In this document: positions 58,502 through 64,000 of the stretch, piece after piece
Numbering within the stretch: position 1 is the stretch's first letter
How the letters are laid out: every line of letters starts with the position of its first letter
DNA from: Octopus vulgaris
Lineage: Eukaryota
Length of the DNA: 64,000 nucleotides
Assembly (NCBI GenBank): GCA_951406725.2
Contig: OX597822.1
Span: forward strand, 9,672,001-9,736,000
Reading direction: 5' to 3'
Notes under the pieces: generated by a model
What the model was told of the DNA's origin: nothing
The model's input: the letters and a program-made list of their open reading frames with translations, nothing else
The model's database searches: none
Translations under genes and position numbers: made by a program

Positions 58502-58849
58502 GGTGGAAGCACTCCGTCGGTTACAGCCTGCTCGTGAAATTAACGTGTAAGTGGCTGAACACTCCACAGACACGTGTACCCTTAACGTAGTTCTCGGGGA
58601 TATTCAGCGTGACACAGAGAGTGACAAGGCCGGCTCTTTGAAATACAGGTACAACAGAAACAGGAAGTAAGAGTGAGAGAAAGTTGTGGTGAAAGAGTAC
58701 AGCAAGGATCACCACCATCCCTGCCGGAGCCTCGTGGAGCTTTTAGGTGTTTTCGCTCAATAAACACTCACAACGCCCGGTCTGGGAATCGAAACCGCGA
58801 TCCTACGACCACGAGTCCGCTGCCCTAACCACTGGGCCATTGCGCCTCC
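58502..58849 (-). mobile_element. SINE family C with TSD gtttagtatgt
   Basis: Matches 5598 and 13623 with an internal deletion; TSD at 58491-58501 and 58850-58860. Confidence 0.85.
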
Positions 58850-59133
58850 GTTTAGTATGTACCATCTGTATCATACCCATAACAAAGACTATCTCACAAA
58901 CATATCACTGTAACCATATAAGTTTTAAATACTCGTAGCTTCCTCATTGCCTATTTTCACTCACCCGCTTCTAACTGATCCCTAATTTCTAACTTTACAC
59001 CATTTTATTATGCATCCGCTCCATCTTTGTCCCGCGTCCATCCTGCACACACTGTCCCTTTTATATTTTATTCACAAGCCGTCATTTATTTTAACTCTTT
59101 CCATAAATTATTTATTTAATATTAATCTTCAGC

Positions 59134-59345
59134 AAGGTGGTGAGCAGGCAGAATCGTTAGCACGCCGGACTAAATGCTTAGCAGCATTTCGACCGTTTTA
59201 CGTTCTGAGTTCAAATTCCACCGAGGTCGACTTTGCTTTCATCCAGCCGAAGTTTATAAAATAGGTATAATTCAAGCACTGGGATCAATGTGATAGACTT
59301 ACCCACACCCTACAAATTTCAGGCCTTCTGCCTATAGTAGAATTG
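59134..59345 (+). mobile_element. SINE family B
   Basis: ggtggtgagcaggcagaatcgttagcacgccgg...gagttcaaattccaccgaggtcgactttgc. Confidence 0.75.
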
Positions 59346-59359
59346 TTATTATTGTCATC

Positions 59360-59630
59360 ATATACTTGCATATCTAGACATGTACACATATACTTAAATT
59401 ATGAACTTGTGGAAAGTTTTGCAGATGTTTACAGTTCCGGTGCTGGTTTGGATCTGTAGTCTTCGAATCAGCTTTCTTCTTTCTGGTTTTGAGAAGCCTA
59501 ATTTCACAAGATTAGTATTTAAGTAGTTTGCTACATATCCCAGTGCCCCAGTAATTACAGGTATAAACTTGAACTTGTAATATGGATAGAGTAACTGCTG
59601 ATGTCTCAATAGTATGTTTGTCTCTCTGTA
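59360..59630 (-). mobile_element. 3' fragment of the (TACA)n-associated RLE LINE
   Basis: LLRHQQLLYPYYKFKFIPVITGALGYVANYLNTNLVKLGFSKPERRKLIRRLQIQTSTGTVNICKTFHKFII*. Confidence 0.7.
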
Positions 59631-60055
59631 TGTACGTATGCATACATGCATTTATTATGTATGTATGTACGTATGTATTATGTATGTATGCGAACGTGTT
59701 TGCGTGTGTGTGCACACGAGCGTGTGTAAGTATATACGTATATAAGAATATACAGTAAAACATTGATTGATCCATAAATACATGAAACAGCAACAAATAA
59801 ATTCTAGTTGATAATGGATCTATTACATTTCTTACTTCTATGTCTGTCTTAGAAGACTAGATCGTATTGTCTTTTGTTAAGTGTCTTATAGCTACAACAG
59901 TGTTGTTGCAATGTTATTATCAGTGCGAATATGCTTGATGCACATTCGAACTGGAAAACAAGCTACTCGCAGCGTTTTGTTACGGAGAATATATTTCGCT
60001 TGTTGACAAATGGTGTGTATACACTTAGAGGAACCCGCTGCGCCATCTACCTAGA

Positions 60056-60103
60056 CTGTGAGATGTTAACATTCCGGTGTAGTTGTCTCCTCATCAGTCA
60101 CAG
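60056..60103 (-). ncRNA. Minimal type I hammerhead with one core change
   Basis: ctgtga CTGATGA gg...cc GGAA t gttaac a TC tcacag; 6-bp helix I, palindromic helix III ATGTTAACAT. Confidence 0.6.
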
Positions 60104-60614
60104 ACACTAACCAGGCGGCACTGCGAGCTGAATTCACAGATTACCTCTCTTATGCTTTTCCAGTCACCGTACAATGACGGCAGCGCCATACGGCGGTTCA
60201 CCGTAAATAAATTACGGAGTGGGAGCTCTCCCCCTCGGTAATTTAACATAGCATATGAATATCTGACCAGTAATCAGTTATGAAAATTTTATTTCATTGA
60301 AAGGTTGGCAGAATCGTTAGAATATTGGATAAAATGCGTGTGGTATTTCAACCCGCTCTTTACGTTCTGAATTCAAATCCTCCAGATGTCAATTTTGCTT
60401 TTCATCCATAGGTGGGTGAACCTCGACAAAATATAGAGCATGTAAAATCCTGAAGAATGTAGATTTAACACCACCAATCACTATCACCAGCACTACCATT
60501 GCCACCACCAACACCACCCTATCATCGCCACTGCCATCGACATAAAAACCACCACCAACAATTACAACAACAATAACAAAGCAGGAACAACAGCAAGATC
60601 GTAAGATATCTTTT

Positions 60615-60930
60615 AAACGAATATGGTGAAACCATTCTCTCGACCTTACTTTATGCAGCATTGCAGCGTGAGTTATTTAACAGAAACAATATAAAAGTTA
60701 ACTACAGCTGTGTGTCCAACATAAGGACTACAATTAAAGAATCAACTGCAGGAAAATGAACAAAACGTACGAGCTTCATACAAAAATAGTATTACAATGG
60801 CCCTAACAACTGCCCACTCAACAGTGATTATCTGAAGGAGTGTACTGTTTACTGTGCCAAAAGGAGTGTATGTATCAGCAAATAAAACGGTTACACTTCA
60901 AGCTGTTATGTACAACCCACTCTAGTCAAC
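60615..60930 (+). pseudogene. Penelope-like element (Neptune/Naiad-type) RT-endonuclease linker and GIY-YIG remnant
   Basis: From 60670 in one frame: ELFNRNNIKVNYSCVSNIRTTIK...NNCPLNSDYLKECTVYCA, cf. the PLE motif IFNRNTVKVSYSCMPN...CPL.G.CL...VVY.A; contains stops. Confidence 0.65.
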
Positions 60931-61282
60931 AGCTTCTACAATTCAAATAAGTGCAGCGAAGCGTCTGTATTTGTGTATAGCTGACCGTTTATTGGAATAA
61001 CATTGATATCAATGATATAGATGTTTACACACACACACACACGCACACATACACTCACACAAATACACACACATGGTTACACACATATTTATATATATGA
61101 ATATATATATACATACACGTATACATGTATATATGTAGGCATGTGTGTATGTGTGTGTATATATATATACACATATATATATACATATATATATATACAC
61201 ACATACATACATACATATATAATATAAAATGATATATATATATATGCAAATATACGTAAGTATATGTACATACACATACATC

Positions 61283-61334
<52 letters not shown>

Positions 61335-61346
61335 CATACACACATG

Positions 61347-61377
<31 letters not shown>

Positions 61378-61554
61378 GAATATGTGGGCACAGGACGTCA
61401 CGAAACGTGTACATACATATATACATATATATATGTTTATATACATACATATACATACATGTGTGTGCGTGAGCGTATGTATGGACATGTGCAAGAATAG
61501 ATGTCTTTTATTTTACTGTTAATGTCTGTTGATCACAAACTTTTGCCACACATG

Positions 61555-61585
<31 letters not shown>

Positions 61586-61639
61586 GCGCGCGCACGCACA
61601 TATATGAGAGAGGGAGAGAGAGGGAAAGAGGAGAGAAAG

Positions 61640-61783
61640 ACAGATAGATAAATAAGCAGAAGGATAGGTAGTTAGATTGATAGGTAGATAGATAGATAAA
61701 TAGATAGATAGATAGATAGATAGATAGATCGATAGAGAGACAGATAGATAGATAGATAGATATATAGATAGATAGATAAATAA

Positions 61784-61825
<42 letters not shown>

Positions 61826-61861
61826 TGATAGATAGATAGATCGATATATATATATATATAG

Positions 61862-61895
<34 letters not shown>

Positions 61896-62039
61896 GATAG
61901 ATAGATAGATAAGATAGATAGATAGATGGATAAGATAGATAGATAGATAGATAGATTAGGTAGATAAATAGATAGATAGATAGATATATAGATATATAGA
62001 TAGATAGATATAGATAGATAGATATATAGATAGATAGAT

Positions 62040-62099
<60 letters not shown>

Positions 62100-62118
62100 A
62101 ATAAATAAATAAATAAAT
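61640..62118. repeat. (GATA)n tract
   Basis: Directly visible. Confidence 0.95.
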
Positions 62119-63078
62119 ACTGGGATGAATATAGTTTCATTTGTTTAGACATTATACAGGACATTCAATGAAGTCTTTTTGATATGGAGACCACGAAAAT
62201 CGTTAAAACATAAATTACTTCGCTGGACTCTTAAAACTTAAAATGAGAATGTGACGTTACTGGGAGAGTGGTATTGACTAGATGGTTTGAACAAAAACAA
62301 TAAAACTGAAATGGTAACAACATCAACAACAAATACAGTAGCAACATCATCCACAACAACATTAAGAAACACTTAACACAATAACAACAATATCTAGGTC
62401 TATTTACATTTCAATAGTTTTGCGGCACCTAATAACCACATTGTTATGATGTGATCAACTTAAGGAAGAACGGAACGAAAAAGGGGAGATAAATCAATTT
62501 CCACTATATGTATTATATCATTATATGTTAAAACGTTGTTTTCTTATCTTTTCTAATCAGCAGGTGCAATATTTGTGACAAAAAAAATAAAAAGCATAAG
62601 AGTTAAAAAAAGCACGAAAGAAAACACACCTCTGCGATATTTTTTTTTAATGGACTCATTGTGCTAACATTTGAATAAATAGCGATCGAACGTCTGGTTT
62701 AATCTGTAAGTAAAGCTTTCAGCGGCATTAAATTATATGCTTACGAATGATAGAAATTTCACATTAGCGAAATGTAGAAGCCGGGTCACGTGGAAATAGC
62801 CAACAGTTTGTTCAAATTATAGCCAACGAATGGTGTTTAATCAATCGGTTTTTGTTTCTATGGTTAATTCACCGAACACGGACAGGCAAACAAGTAGACG
62901 TTCACATGCAAACGCACACATACACACACAAGCATACATACAGGTACACACTGGCACGCATACACACACACACACATATGCAGGTATACACAGGCACGCA
63001 CACGCAGACAAAAGTACACACACACACATACAACTATGCACATATGCATGCACACTCTCACATGTACTCATACGCACA

Positions 63079-63960
63079 TATTGGGTCATCCCATAAATAA
63101 TGCGTTTTTTTTCAATTGCATGAACTAAAAGTCGGAAGGGGACGGGATAAACTACCTGCATCAACTTGCTATAAAAGCAGGTAGTAATTTTACCTTGTAC
63201 TTATTCTTAGTGCAACTTTTGAAGAGTGCAGTTCGATTTTAAGAGTTATTTTTTCAAAGTTATAATGAAAGTGGCAAAGGAGTATATTCGGTATGTTCAA
63301 TAAAGGCAACAGCGCCACGGAAAGTGCGAGGAATATTAATGCAGTGGAATATGGGGATCGGACAATAACTATAAGCCAGTGTCAACGGTAATTCCAGAAA
63401 TTTCGAGCCGGAAACTACAGCCTAGAAGAAGAGCCTCGTCCTAAAAGATCTGTAGAGCTCAATGAGGATGTCCTGCAAACCCCGATGGAACAAAATCCCA
63501 TCGTAACTGTTGGGAAACTAGCAGAGAAGCTTGGATTTAGTCATTCAGTCAGTCATTCAAGTCAGTGCTAAAAGGAACACGACTCTCTTTGGTTTCAAGA
63601 CGAAAGATGTTCTTCCATCGGGATAATGCTCAGTGACATACAGTGAGGGTGAAATTCGAAAGGCTGGAGCAGTTTGGATGGGAAGCAATGCCCCACCCAC
63701 CGTATTTGCCGGACATTGCTCCATCTGATTATCATTTATTCCACAATCTTCAAAATCATTTGGACGGAAAAAATATGAATTCTGTAGACGAGGTCAGGAC
63801 AGTACTGAAGGAGTATTTTTCGTCACGGACAAGTGAATTTTGGAAGAGGGGCCTTGCAAGTCTACCTGATAGATTGAAGGGCATTGTAGAAAACAATTTT
63901 AGATTAAAAAAGAAATTTGTTTATTTTAATTTTGAAAAATGAAAGTACTTGAATAACCGC
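63079..63960 (+). mobile_element. Mariner (DD34D) transposon, internally deleted pseudogene
   Basis: Left TIR ta ttgggtcatcccataaataatgcg; MKVAKEYIR..FNKGNSATESARNIN..FQKFRAGNYSLEEEPR; HRDNA; HPPYLPDIAPSDYHLF; the catalytic middle is deleted. Confidence 0.9.
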
Positions 63961-64000
63961 GCCAGTTCATACGTACACATGTGCCCTCGCACACCCACGT

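Overview
Eukaryotic, AT-rich, extremely microsatellite-rich non-genic DNA. The SINE families and the density of (TA)n/(TACA)n/(TAA)n/(GATA)n tracts look like an octopus (coleoid cephalopod) genome; this is inferred from pattern recognition, not from a database search. No host protein-coding exon could be supported, and nearly all ORFs in the track are translations of microsatellites or SINEs. The window is a graveyard of mobile elements: three tRNA-derived SINE families, short non-autonomous Helitrons and one Helentron-type element, hAT, mariner and pogo-type DNA transposon remnants, and RTE, Tx1/L1 and two RLE (R4/Dong-like) LINE fragments. The most notable unannotated signal is about a dozen type I hammerhead ribozyme motifs from several unrelated short repeat families. 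Most sit in tandem or inverted (Penelope pseudo-LTR or retrozyme-like) fragments inserted into (TA)n or (TACA)n tracts, and several carry an atypical CCGANGA core. The best example is a near-perfect 360-bp-unit tandem plus 340-bp inverted element at 52015-52857 carrying two hammerheads. Coordinates were read by eye and may be off by a few bases.
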